A DNA stretch of 64,000 bases, from contig CAZVDP010000010.1 in NCBI GenBank assembly GCA_964625945.1, forward strand, positions 38,166 through 102,165, read 5' to 3'. The notes under the pieces are model-generated. The model ran no database searches. It saw nothing but the letters and a program-made list of their open reading frames with translations, and was not told the DNA's origin. The stretch is from an uncultured Dehalococcoidia bacterium. Its GTDB lineage: Bacteria; Chloroflexota; Dehalococcoidia; Lucifugimonadales; UBA1127. This document shows, piece after piece, positions 28,770 to 38,231 of this stretch (positions within the stretch are counted from its first letter, which is position 1; every line of letters starts with the position of its first letter). Made by a program: the position numbers and the translations under genes.

Positions 28770-31700
28770 ATGAATTATCCCTATGTTGAACTTCACTGTC
28801 ATAGCAATTACTCCTTCCGAGAAGGAGCTTCCTTTCCTGAAGAACTCCTAGAGCGCGCCTTTGATTTACACTATCCAGCTTTAGCAATAACTGATCATGA
28901 CAATCTTTGTGGAGCGATGGAATTTGCACGTGCAGGAAAAGCACTGGGAATTCATCCTATCATTGGTGCTGAGATTACTCTCACAGGTGGGTTTCATTTA
29001 ACATTACTTGCTGAGAATGCCCATGGATATAAAAACCTTTCCCATCTCCTATCTCTTTCACATCTCTTTAACAAGAGAGGGAAACCGGAATTAGATACCC
29101 GCTCACTGGCAGAACATTCCTCAGGTCTGATCGCTCTTTCTGGGTGTTCAAAAGGAGAAATATCCTCCCTTTTCTCTACTGCACCTATTCATGAAGTAGA
29201 GAAAACTGTCCGACGTTATCTAGAGTGGTTTGGCGCGAGGAATTTTTACCTCGAACTTCACCAAAATCTTGTACTAGGTGATACGAATCGCATTCATGCA
29301 CTCCAACACCTCTCAAAGCAGTTGGGAGTGCGATTAGTTGCAACAAATAATGTGCACTATCACATTAGAGAGCGTTCGCGTTTACAAGATTGTCTCGTGG
29401 CAATCAGGAACCATAAATCCCTGGATGAAAGCCATCTTGACCGCCGACCCAATTCGGAATTCTTTCTTAAATCAGCAGCGGAAATGAACATTCTCTTTCG
29501 AGATATTCCTGAGGCTTTAAAAAACACACTACTTATCGCCGATCGTTGCTCTTTCGATCTGACACAAGAACTTACCTATAGCTTCCCTGATCACTCAGTT
29601 CCTCCCAATCATACTACCGATAGCTATTTAGAAGAACTTTGCACACAGGCCGCGCGTCGTCAGTATCACGTAATAACCCCAAAAATCAAAGAGCGCCTAA
29701 ACCACGAACTTTCTCTTATCAAAAAACACAATCTCTCTGGGTTTTTCCTTATGTATCATGAGATCATTTCCATTGCACGGAACGTCCAAGAAGATCTAGG
29801 TTTAGTAGATCCGGAGATCCCCATTGAAGAGATGCCCCCAGGGCGTGGGCGAGGATCTAGTGTGGCAATGCTGATTGGTTACCTTATAGGCTTATCACAC
29901 ATTGATCCTCTCCAATATGGCCTTTCACTTGAACGCTTCCTCCCAGAGGATGAACTGACAAGCCCTCCAGATATAGACCTCGATTTTCCGCGAGATATTC
30001 GCGAGAACCTTATCAAAAGACTCCATAAAGAATATGGCTGGGAGCACGCTGTCCTTACTGGAATGATCAGTACTTATCGTTATAGCGGAGCTATTCGGGA
30101 TCTAGGGAAAGCACTGAGTTTACCTTCAGACGAAGTTGATCATTTAGTAAAATCATTAGATCGTACAGGCCCCATTCGGCTTCGTCCCCTCAGGAAGGAA
30201 TTTGTATGGACTGAAGGTCTGCGAGAAGAAGTATTAAAACTCCCTCAATTCCATGCCATCCTAGATCGCCCTTTATGGAATCAACTTATACATTTAGGAG
30301 AAATCTTAAACGGCTTTCCTAAATACTTGGCACAACATCCCGGTGGAATGATTATCTCTTCCTCTCCAATCAGCGAGAGTGTGCCCGTACAAAATTCTGC
30401 CATTCAGGATCGATATATTTGTCAGTGGGATAAAGATTCAATTGACGACGCTGGTTTCATTAAAATTGACTTTTTAGCTTTGGGAACACTTTCCCAAATG
30501 CAAGAAATCTTACAACTTATATGCAAACAAACTGGATATACCATAGACCTTTCACGTATTAATTTTCATGACGAAGCCATATACAACCTAATTTGCAGTG
30601 CTGATACAATCGGGATTTTTCAAATTGAATCCGCAGCTCAAATGCAGACTGTTACACGAATTCGACCAAGAACACTTGTTGATCTGGCCCACGAGGTAGG
30701 TGCTGTGAGGCCTGGCGTTGGCGCCAATGATGGCGTCACTAAATACATCCGTCGCAGGATGGGCAAGGAAGCAATATCTTATGACCATCCACTTGAAAAA
30801 TCTTCCTTAGAACGAACCTATGGTGTCATTCTTTTTCAAGACCAAGTAAACCAATTAGCTATAGATGTTGCTGGGTTTTCACCTTCCGAAGCAGATCAAC
30901 TTCGCAGAACTTTTATCCGTCGCAAATCCCAGAGCACGATCGATTTTTATTGGAAGAAATTTAGGAATGGAGCAAAGATTAATGGTGTCACCGGAAGCAT
31001 CGCTGCACGTATCTTCGCGAAGTTCAATGGGCAATACATGTTTCCTGAAAGCCATGCTTTTGCTTTCGCTGTAACCGCCTATCAAATGGCTTGGCTGAAA
31101 TATTACTACCCCCTTGAGTTCTTTGTAGCTATCTTCAATCAACAACCTATGGGTTTTTACAATTTGGAAACCCTGAAAGAAGATGCGAAACGCCGCGGAA
31201 TAAGAATTTTAAATCCTGATATTAACCTGAGTAACGGTCGATCCATCATTGAAAGTAATGCCTTACGTATAGGTCTACTCAAAGTCACTAGTTTAGGCAG
31301 TGCTGCTGCGAACAAAATCATGTGTGAACGTACAACGGGTGGACCTTTTACTTCGATAGGGGACTTCATGTTTAGAACTGGTCTGAAACGAGAAGCTTTA
31401 GAAAATTTAGTCGACGCTGGTGCATTTGATACATTTTCACTGGATCGAAAAAGCCTTCGCTGGGAAATCGGTCTGCGATATCGTTCTCCGAACGCTCAGA
31501 TTCCTCTTCCCCTCCCAGTAAAACAAGATACTCCTCCACTTAAACATTCAACTACTTGGATGGAAATGCAGGCAGAATATCGCGCGTTAGGCCTTTATCC
31601 TCGAGGGCATTTAATGCAGGAGGTTCGCAAACGATTACCAAAGGATTTGCTAGACAGTGACCGCTTTCGCATGTCGCCTAATTCAAGTGTTATCAGAGTA

Positions 31701-31952
31701 GCCGGACTTGTTATACGTCGACAACAGCCATTAGGCAAAACTGTTTTTCTTACCTTAGAAGACGAATATGGTCATATACCGTTAATAATTTGGCCCAAAG
31801 TATATAAATCTTATCGCCAGATTATTAAAAGTCCTCTGCTTATTGCTGAAGGGATAGTTACTCGTCGAGAAGACACAATCAATTTAGTAGTACGACGTCT
31901 TAAAGGGTTTTCTTGGTTGTCTGACGTGCCGAAGGCGAAAAATTGGGGATGA
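28770..31952 (+). CDS. dnaE2: error-prone DNA polymerase DnaE2 (ImuC)
   Basis: PHP motifs YVELHCHSNYSF and AITDH, GRGS, PDIDLDF, QHPGG, QIESAAQM, FPESHA, NQQPMGFY. Confidence 0.92.
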   Translation: MNYPYVELHCHSNYSFREGASFPEELLERAFDLHYPALAITDHDNLCGAMEFARAGKALGIHPIIGAEITLTGGFHLTLLAENAHGYKNLSHLLSLSHLFNKRGKPELDTRSLAEHSSGLIALSGCSKGEISSLFSTAPIHEVEKTVRRYLEWFGARNFYLELHQNLVLGDTNRIHALQHLSKQLGVRLVATNNVHYHIRERSRLQDCLVAIRNHKSLDESHLDRRPNSEFFLKSAAEMNILFRDIPEALKNTLLIADRCSFDLTQELTYSFPDHSVPPNHTTDSYLEELCTQAARRQYHVITPKIKERLNHELSLIKKHNLSGFFLMYHEIISIARNVQEDLGLVDPEIPIEEMPPGRGRGSSVAMLIGYLIGLSHIDPLQYGLSLERFLPEDELTSPPDIDLDFPRDIRENLIKRLHKEYGWEHAVLTGMISTYRYSGAIRDLGKALSLPSDEVDHLVKSLDRTGPIRLRPLRKEFVWTEGLREEVLKLPQFHAILDRPLWNQLIHLGEILNGFPKYLAQHPGGMIISSSPISESVPVQNSAIQDRYICQWDKDSIDDAGFIKIDFLALGTLSQMQEILQLICKQTGYTIDLSRINFHDEAIYNLICSADTIGIFQIESAAQMQTVTRIRPRTLVDLAHEVGAVRPGVGANDGVTKYIRRRMGKEAISYDHPLEKSSLERTYGVILFQDQVNQLAIDVAGFSPSEADQLRRTFIRRKSQSTIDFYWKKFRNGAKINGVTGSIAARIFAKFNGQYMFPESHAFAFAVTAYQMAWLKYYYPLEFFVAIFNQQPMGFYNLETLKEDAKRRGIRILNPDINLSNGRSIIESNALRIGLLKVTSLGSAAANKIMCERTTGGPFTSIGDFMFRTGLKREALENLVDAGAFDTFSLDRKSLRWEIGLRYRSPNAQIPLPLPVKQDTPPLKHSTTWMEMQAEYRALGLYPRGHLMQEVRKRLPKDLLDSDRFRMSPNSSVIRVAGLVIRRQQPLGKTVFLTLEDEYGHIPLIIWPKVYKSYRQIIKSPLLIAEGIVTRREDTINLVVRRLKGFSWLSDVPKAKNWG

Positions 31953-32002
31953 AAGAGTTACTGAATTGAATACACTGGTTCGTTGAGCGCGCTAGACATT
32001 AT

Positions 32003-33520
32003 TTATACTTCAATGATGGGCTGAGCGATAATCCAGAGACTCAGCATAGTGTACGCAAGCATAAGAACAAGCATCGGAAGTTGACTTCTGATTGCCATAC
32101 TGTCTTTCTCGTATAATCTGAAGGCCAGATAATGCGAGATATACACCGCTAACATGTGTCCGAGAACGATTGTAATTACCGCAAACATCCACACGAATTC
32201 TGCACCAATGATGCCGATATCAACCCTGTAGTTCGCCGTATTCAGAACATCCCAGCCAAAACCAAACGGATCCGATAACAACGGAATGATGAGTTGTCCT
32301 TGAATCAATAAGAAAGAGAAGTAATGGGCAAAATGATACGCAAGGGCGATAGGAATTAAGGAAACGACGAAAGTTTGCGCGACAAGCATGTTTTGTCTTG
32401 GAGCAATTTTATTCATTATCTCAACAGTTCCCAGGTACCCTAGGATCAATACAATGGGACAGAGTAACAGGCCGATACTATTAACTATGACGGGATCATG
32501 TAAGTTTCGAAAAAGTGGCGTATAAATATCTCGCCAAAAAGGTGTTGCCATCAAGCCGTCATAAGTGACCGTACTTAACAAAACAAGAATGAAAACGGTC
32601 ATCGAGTTCGATGCACGGGGTGACTTTAGAAGGCCAGACCCATACGCTCTGATTTTAATGCTCGTTGTCAGTCCTGATGCTCGCTCCAAACATTCGGGAC
32701 AATCCCGACAATACCCGAGCCGAAACTCGCATCTTAGGGAACACTCTTTACAATAGGCAGTATCGGACACGTGACACTCTGTGGGAGAGAATCGTGCAAG
32801 AAGGCCAAAAACCACAGAGAAACATTCACCAGTGCGCAGCCACACTGACCGCCCGTAGACAGCCATGCCAAGCCATGTAATTAATGAATAGCCCAATGTA
32901 GCGGTCGCGATTTTGATTGGAAGGGCAGGTTTCGCATATGCAAGTTCGAACCAGGCAAAACCAATAAACAGTACCACCGCAGGCCACACGCCCCAATGCG
33001 AAGGATAAGCGCAGTTTAAAGAGAAGCTACGGTTTGGGCGCACCTTATGATAGATTGATTCGCTCCACTTGTAGAGGGTATTCCACGGGTTGATCACAAT
33101 CCAAAGGTTCCCCAGAATAGCTGACAAATAGGCGAAGCCAACCCACCAGATAACCCACAACAACGTTGGGGCAACGTTATAGTTTGGGTTCGCGGATCCA
33201 ATAAATCCCGCTACAACGACTCCGAGAAAGATCGCGACACCGATCACCTCCAACATTCTTCCTAGAAAATTATGGAGCGCGATTCTTGTGACCAGGCGGG
33301 GGACAGTGAAATATTTGTCGACAAAAGCTTGATCCCTCGGACGCTTCAAGAAGCGGATCATCGCAAGAAATGAGATCAGGACGACAGCGGCCGCTCCCCA
33401 TATATACAACCATAACGGCACCGGAAGATCGTATCTTTCCCCAAATCCATGGGCATAAACTGACTTTGTCGGGTAGAGACAGACCAACAACAGTGGAATA
33501 GATAGAAGCTTCATACGCAC
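32003..33520 (-). CDS. polytopic membrane protein with signal-peptide AHG motif and Cys-rich loop
   Basis: AHGFGERYDLPVP, IPIALAYHFAHY, SDPFGFGW, SQLPML; about 11 TM helices. Confidence 0.75.
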   Translation of the reverse strand: MRMKLLSIPLLLVCLYPTKSVYAHGFGERYDLPVPLWLYIWGAAAVVLISFLAMIRFLKRPRDQAFVDKYFTVPRLVTRIALHNFLGRMLEVIGVAIFLGVVVAGFIGSANPNYNVAPTLLWVIWWVGFAYLSAILGNLWIVINPWNTLYKWSESIYHKVRPNRSFSLNCAYPSHWGVWPAVVLFIGFAWFELAYAKPALPIKIATATLGYSLITWLGMAVYGRSVWLRTGECFSVVFGLLARFSPTECHVSDTAYCKECSLRCEFRLGYCRDCPECLERASGLTTSIKIRAYGSGLLKSPRASNSMTVFILVLLSTVTYDGLMATPFWRDIYTPLFRNLHDPVIVNSIGLLLCPIVLILGYLGTVEIMNKIAPRQNMLVAQTFVVSLIPIALAYHFAHYFSFLLIQGQLIIPLLSDPFGFGWDVLNTANYRVDIGIIGAEFVWMFAVITIVLGHMLAVYISHYLAFRLYEKDSMAIRSQLPMLVLMLAYTMLSLWIIAQPIIEV

Positions 33521-33541
33521 ATCATCTCGGCGAAAGGAACG

Positions 33542-34321
33542 CTATGGCCGAACCTCAAGTCGTCCCAATTCGATCTCTGATTCGTCTGTGGAATGTGCAC
33601 CATGGTCTTTATTTTCAGTATTAGGCAGTTCGACCATTGTACTAGCGGAAATATCAAAGCTACAATGCTGATTGTCCGTTAAGGTAACAGCCAGACTATG
33701 ATGACCTTGTGAGGCCATCGGTATAACAACATCTGGCGTGCTGTACATCCCGATTAACACATCGTCGACAAACAAATGCCAATGACCCGATGCTATCCCT
33801 TGATTTCCGTTTTCTTCGCCGGTCATGGAGAAGTTGGTAACACGGACGCTCACACGAATTTCATGATCCGATACCAGAGTTGTATCTACAGCAATGGTAG
33901 GAGCAGGAGTATCCGGTGGAAGAACCGCTTCGCATTCGTGTGCTGCTGCGGCATGTCCGTGGTCATGGTGATGGCTCTCAAGGTCGGTATGAATAGTGAA
34001 GGGAAAGCTGCCGGTAGCACTAGCAGTAAATCTAATGGTGCTAGTAACGCCGGGTGCCAACATCTTTTGAAGATCGTATCCGTGAACATGAAATGTCATA
34101 TGCTCGTCAGCAGTAACAGTGATTGTCACCCTATCGTTTTGCCGTACCTGAATGGGAGACGAGAAACCCTCAGTCTGCTGATCACGAATGGTTAGTGCGA
34201 ATGAAACATCCTCGGGTTCATAGGAAGAACAACTGACGAACAAACCCGTAAGTACAGCTCCCAACAGCAAGGTTGCTCGATGAATCGAGCGTTCCCTAAA
34301 CATCAACTTCACCTTCAACAA
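33542..34321 (-). CDS. His-rich cupredoxin-like lipoprotein
   Basis: lipobox FVSC, FHVHGYD, F.A..TGSFP..H, HHHDHGH, GHWHLFVD. Confidence 0.65.
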   Translation of the reverse strand: MLKVKLMFRERSIHRATLLLGAVLTGLFVSCSSYEPEDVSFALTIRDQQTEGFSSPIQVRQNDRVTITVTADEHMTFHVHGYDLQKMLAPGVTSTIRFTASATGSFPFTIHTDLESHHHDHGHAAAAHECEAVLPPDTPAPTIAVDTTLVSDHEIRVSVRVTNFSMTGEENGNQGIASGHWHLFVDDVLIGMYSTPDVVIPMASQGHHSLAVTLTDNQHCSFDISASTMVELPNTENKDHGAHSTDESEIELGRLEVRP

Positions 34322-34871
34322 CTGGGTTTGAGTGACGTTTCCCCCGAAAAATCCTAACCAAAAAAATACGGAGAATCAATACCATCGAAACAGCCAGTAG
34401 ACCAATCATTCCCCAACTGGTTCCAGTCTCCGGAGGTTTGACATCCAGACCAAATCTTTCGTTGATCTCTCCGTCAGGCCCAGTCACAGAGATAACTGCC
34501 GTTACGCTCCCTGCATGTTCTATGATGACAGTTGCTGTGTACCAACCTGGACTGCCGTAAACTGGGCCTGCAACATGGGCAACATCTTCATTATCCCCAC
34601 CAAGGAGGGTGACCGTCACTTTCGCATCAGCGACCGGTCTCTTGGTGCCTGAAGTAGCGATATTTGCACTAAAGTGTGCATCACCTACCCACGGAATAGC
34701 ATAGACTTGCAGGTGATAGGCTGCTGTGGTTGATTCCAAGACCAATTCGCTTCTTGGATGATTCCCATGAGCTTCCACAGCGGGGTTACTCACGTTCTGG
34801 ATCAACAAGAGGCTCATGAGCGTCCAGATCCACGAAACTGAGACAAATTTCCGAACCAAAGGTATACTCAT
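34296..34871 (-). CDS. secreted Ig-like (YtkA/FixH-like) protein with C-terminal membrane anchor
   Basis: start MSIPLV, signal-like segment ending VEA-HGNH, PVADAKVTV...PGWY, C-terminal TM helix. Confidence 0.55.
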   Translation of the reverse strand: MSIPLVRKFVSVSWIWTLMSLLLIQNVSNPAVEAHGNHPRSELVLESTTAAYHLQVYAIPWVGDAHFSANIATSGTKRPVADAKVTVTLLGGDNEDVAHVAGPVYGSPGWYTATVIIEHAGSVTAVISVTGPDGEINERFGLDVKPPETGTSWGMIGLLAVSMVLILRIFLVRIFRGKRHSNPVVEGEVDV

Positions 34872-35024
34872 TTCAATTTCTTCATCGTTGAACCTTCTGC
34901 AGATCATCGTAACACCATCAACCACGTCAAGAAAAACGCTCACGTCGTTTATAGTTACGCCAGTCGTGACTGATGGATATTGCCCACGCGACAAAAAACC
35001 AATACGAGACGGAGGCAAAAGAAT

Positions 35025-35627
35025 ATGTCCTGGATCGAAACAATCACTTATTCCCAGGCAACCGGGAAACTGAAGACACTTTACGATCGGATTAAGGGGC
35101 CTAACAACAATGTTGATAACATCATGATGGCACATAGCCTACGCCCTCATACCATGGAAGGTCATTTGGCTCTTTACAAAAATGTTTTACACCACTCTGC
35201 AAACACCTTGCCTAAATGGTATCTGGAAGCCATCGGCGTGAAGGTTAGTCTTCTTAATGGTTGTACGTACTGTGTCCAGCATCATCTCGCTGGTTTAGAA
35301 AAATTGATTGATAACGCGACGATATTTGACCCAATGAAAGAAGAATTGCATCAAAACGGTTCCTATAACGGCTTCTCCGAAAAAGAACAGGCTGGAATGG
35401 TGTACGTCGAAACCCTCACTAAGAGCCCTGCAACTATTTCAGCATCTGATATCAAGCGGCTTAGGCTGGCAGGTTTCACTGACGCCGAGATCCTTGAGAT
35501 GAACCAAGTCGCCAGTTACTTCGCCTACGCTAACAGAACAGTCTTGGGACTGGGCGTAAACACAGAGAACGACATCCTTGGTCTTTCGCCATCATCCGTC
35601 GATTCAGACGATTGGACCCATCGATGA
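35025..35627 (+). CDS. peroxidase-related AhpD / carboxymuconolactone decarboxylase family protein
   Basis: MSWIETI, HSLRP, VSLLNGCTYCVQHH, YFAYANR; SD GGAGG. Confidence 0.88.
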   Translation: MSWIETITYSQATGKLKTLYDRIKGPNNNVDNIMMAHSLRPHTMEGHLALYKNVLHHSANTLPKWYLEAIGVKVSLLNGCTYCVQHHLAGLEKLIDNATIFDPMKEELHQNGSYNGFSEKEQAGMVYVETLTKSPATISASDIKRLRLAGFTDAEILEMNQVASYFAYANRTVLGLGVNTENDILGLSPSSVDSDDWTHR

Positions 35628-35698
35628 TCTCTTCTTGCCAATCGATCAGGACATGCTCTTCTCACGACTCAAGACAGTTCATCCATTCGCATGCAGTA

Positions 35699-36949
35699 TC
35701 AATCAGCATCCCTTTCGACGTCCGAGCCCAGATAGGGATTCCTCAACTCTTTGTGCACAGCGCCGACCACAATCACTAGACCCGCACATGCAACCGCGCC
35801 GACGACTAACGCCATGGGAGCACCCATCGCAACAGCCAGAGAGCCACTCAAGGTATAACCAATCGACGGCCCACCACCCGCTAGCATGCTCCTAAAAGCT
35901 TCAACTCTGCCTCGAATATAATCCGGCGAAATCGATAAGATGACTGAGTTCCTTGGGATCATCTGGATCGAATTTGTCGTACCAAGCAAGCCCGCCGCAA
36001 ACAGCGTCAATGTGAACCATGGAGACAGGGCGAAAACCATGAGTGCGCCACTATAGGCCATGACTCCAAACAATGTATAAATCCCTTTGTATTTCATATC
36101 CCCCAATGAGAGGATAAATGCCGCACCGACCATACTCCCGACACCAGGCGCTGCGCTCAGAAGTCCGTAGCCAGTCGGTCCAACTCCTAAAGCCTCGGAA
36201 AAGATAGGCAGGAGGGCTCTATAACTTCCTAATACTACTGCTCCCAGATCTAGCAAGAGTAACGATGTGATGACTGGTTTGCTCCGAACGAAAGCCAGGC
36301 CGTTCATGAAGCTTTCCCAAGGCGTTTCATCTGTGCTTCCTACCCACCCCCGTTTTGCTATCCCAATAATCGCAAGCATAGAGAATATGTGGAGAACGGC
36401 GTTAACGAGATAGGTTGCACCGATTCCCAGAACTGAGATTGCGACACCCGCGATCGCTGGACCCACGATTTGCGAAGTTTGGCCGATCGTCGCGTTGAGA
36501 CCGACAGCATTCACAAGGATTTTGCGCGTTACAAGGTTAGGCAAGATAGCGGTGCGCGCGGGCTGCGTGACCGCTGTGAACCCACTGTTTAGGAATGTAA
36601 CGACGTACAGGTGCCATACCTCAGCCTGTCCAGTAACAGTCAGCAACCCCAATGCTAGGACTAACAGTGAATTCAGAAGTTGGCCGAGTTGTATGAGTTT
36701 CACACGGTCTAATCGATCTGCCACCACGCCGCCGACAAGGGACAAGACAATATGAGGCAATGCCCTCGCTAGGCCGGTTAATCCTAAAAGCAAAGGGCTA
36801 CCCGTCATCTCAAAGATTTGCCAGAAGATCACGGTCTGCAAGAGCTGGGAACCGAGGGAGTTTAATAAATGAGAGAGCGCGAAATGGCGATAATCCCCAG
36901 ATCGCAAAGCGCCGAACGCATTTCCAAGGCCCCGTCGGTTAGTCGTCAT
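35699..36949 (-). CDS. MFS transporter (EntS/Tap-like)
   Basis: GGVVADRLDR motif A, PARTAILPNLV, 12 TM pattern. Confidence 0.88.
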   Translation of the reverse strand: MTTNRRGLGNAFGALRSGDYRHFALSHLLNSLGSQLLQTVIFWQIFEMTGSPLLLGLTGLARALPHIVLSLVGGVVADRLDRVKLIQLGQLLNSLLVLALGLLTVTGQAEVWHLYVVTFLNSGFTAVTQPARTAILPNLVTRKILVNAVGLNATIGQTSQIVGPAIAGVAISVLGIGATYLVNAVLHIFSMLAIIGIAKRGWVGSTDETPWESFMNGLAFVRSKPVITSLLLLDLGAVVLGSYRALLPIFSEALGVGPTGYGLLSAAPGVGSMVGAAFILSLGDMKYKGIYTLFGVMAYSGALMVFALSPWFTLTLFAAGLLGTTNSIQMIPRNSVILSISPDYIRGRVEAFRSMLAGGGPSIGYTLSGSLAVAMGAPMALVVGAVACAGLVIVVGAVHKELRNPYLGSDVERDAD

Positions 36950-37181
36950 CGAGATAGCGCGGTTCCAGATTCGCGTCGATCGGAACAGCCAAGTTTGGCC
37001 TAAAGTCCAAGTCAGCACATCGCGTTTTCATCGTAATATTGTCCGTCGCATGCGTCTACCTAGTTATCTTACACGATCACAAAGGTCGTTGAGGCCGGAT
37101 AATCAAAACGTTGACATTTCGGCAACCAAATCTAGAAAATCATTGGAAAGGACACGCTTCCCGCATGAAGAGGGTATCACC

Positions 37182-37829
37182 ATGACGATCTGGGACATTA
37201 GCGTAGCAATCAGTGGAGAGTTACCTACTTACCTCGGAGACCCGAGTTTCAAATCTCGTCTGATACAACGTATAGATCAAGGCAAAGTTAGTGACGTCTC
37301 ACTCATCACCATGAGCGCACATATCGGCACACACATTGATGCTCCTTCCCACTTGATTCAAGGAGGAAAGACGATCGACCAGTTATCTCTAGGAACTCTC
37401 GTCGGCCCGGCAGTAGTCGTTGATTACCAAGGGACCAGTACGATCGACCGAACATTTTTGGAAAACTCCCCAGAGATAGTGAACATGGAACGGGTGTTGT
37501 TCAAGACGCAGAACTCTCGACTCTGGTACTCGTCGACTTTTGCTTCTGAGTATGTCGGCCTCACAAGCGAAGGGGCCCGGTGGCTCGTCGAGAATGGCAC
37601 GAAACTAGTCGGGATTGACTATCTTTCGATTGATCCCCCTGGTAATCAAGACCTTCCAACACATCAAACGTTACTGTCAAACGGTATCGTAATTCTCGAA
37701 GGGATCAACTTAGGACGTGTTCGCTCGGGATCGTATTTTTTGGTGTGCCTTCCTCTTAATCTGTTGGGGAAAGAGGGAGCCCCTGCCCGAGCGATACTGT
37801 TAGACGACATAGACAATCCCAGCGCCTAG
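37182..37829 (+). CDS. cyclase family protein (kynurenine formamidase-like)
   Basis: HIGTHIDAPSH, VGIDYLS, GAPARA. Confidence 0.88.
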   Translation: MTIWDISVAISGELPTYLGDPSFKSRLIQRIDQGKVSDVSLITMSAHIGTHIDAPSHLIQGGKTIDQLSLGTLVGPAVVVDYQGTSTIDRTFLENSPEIVNMERVLFKTQNSRLWYSSTFASEYVGLTSEGARWLVENGTKLVGIDYLSIDPPGNQDLPTHQTLLSNGIVILEGINLGRVRSGSYFLVCLPLNLLGKEGAPARAILLDDIDNPSA

Positions 37830-37861
37830 CACAGACGGGTTATTCTAGGTTAGAATACCAA

Positions 37862-37893
37862 TGTATCGTTGTTGTATCGTTGTTGTATCGTTG
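37862..37893 (+). repeat. tandem 11-bp direct repeat TGTATCGTTGT, about 2.9 copies
   Basis: TGTATCGTTGT TGTATCGTTGT TGTATCGTTG read directly. Confidence 0.9.
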
Positions 37894-37910
37894 GGATTGA
37901 GGGCCTAAAA

Positions 37911-38111
37911 TTGAAGCTACGATTGAAGGAAATTCGAGAGCGCCGTTTACTCACCCAGGCAGAATTGGGTCGATTATCTCGTGTCAGCCGTGTCACTATC
38001 GCAAGGATCGAACTCGGTATCCAAGAACCACGATTCGCCACAACCTATCGGATCGCACGCGCCCTCAACGTTATACCTTCGGACCTCATTGAACCAGATC
38101 CTTGGAGTTGA
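37911..38111 (+). CDS. XRE-family helix-turn-helix transcriptional regulator
   Basis: LKEIRERRLLTQAELG...SRVTIARIELG...P...T..RIARAL; TTG start after GAGGG. Confidence 0.85.
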   Translation: MKLRLKEIRERRLLTQAELGRLSRVSRVTIARIELGIQEPRFATTYRIARALNVIPSDLIEPDPWS

Positions 38112-38231
38112 TCTTCTCATCCACGAACCAAACTCGAAAAGAACCTTCGCGAGCTTGCGACAAGTCGATGCGATATGGACGTTTGATTCAACTATTCCTT
38201 GCGTTGGCTTCGAGTACCGAATGGAGAGCTA

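Noticed and set aside
34872-35135. Long overlapping N-terminal extensions of the ORFs 34296..35135 and 34980..35627
   Set aside because: Better starts exist at 34871 and 35025; the overlap is an ORF-calling artefact
37862-37893. Repeat as a CRISPR array or replication iterons
   Set aside because: No spacers, too short, and no cas or rep gene nearby
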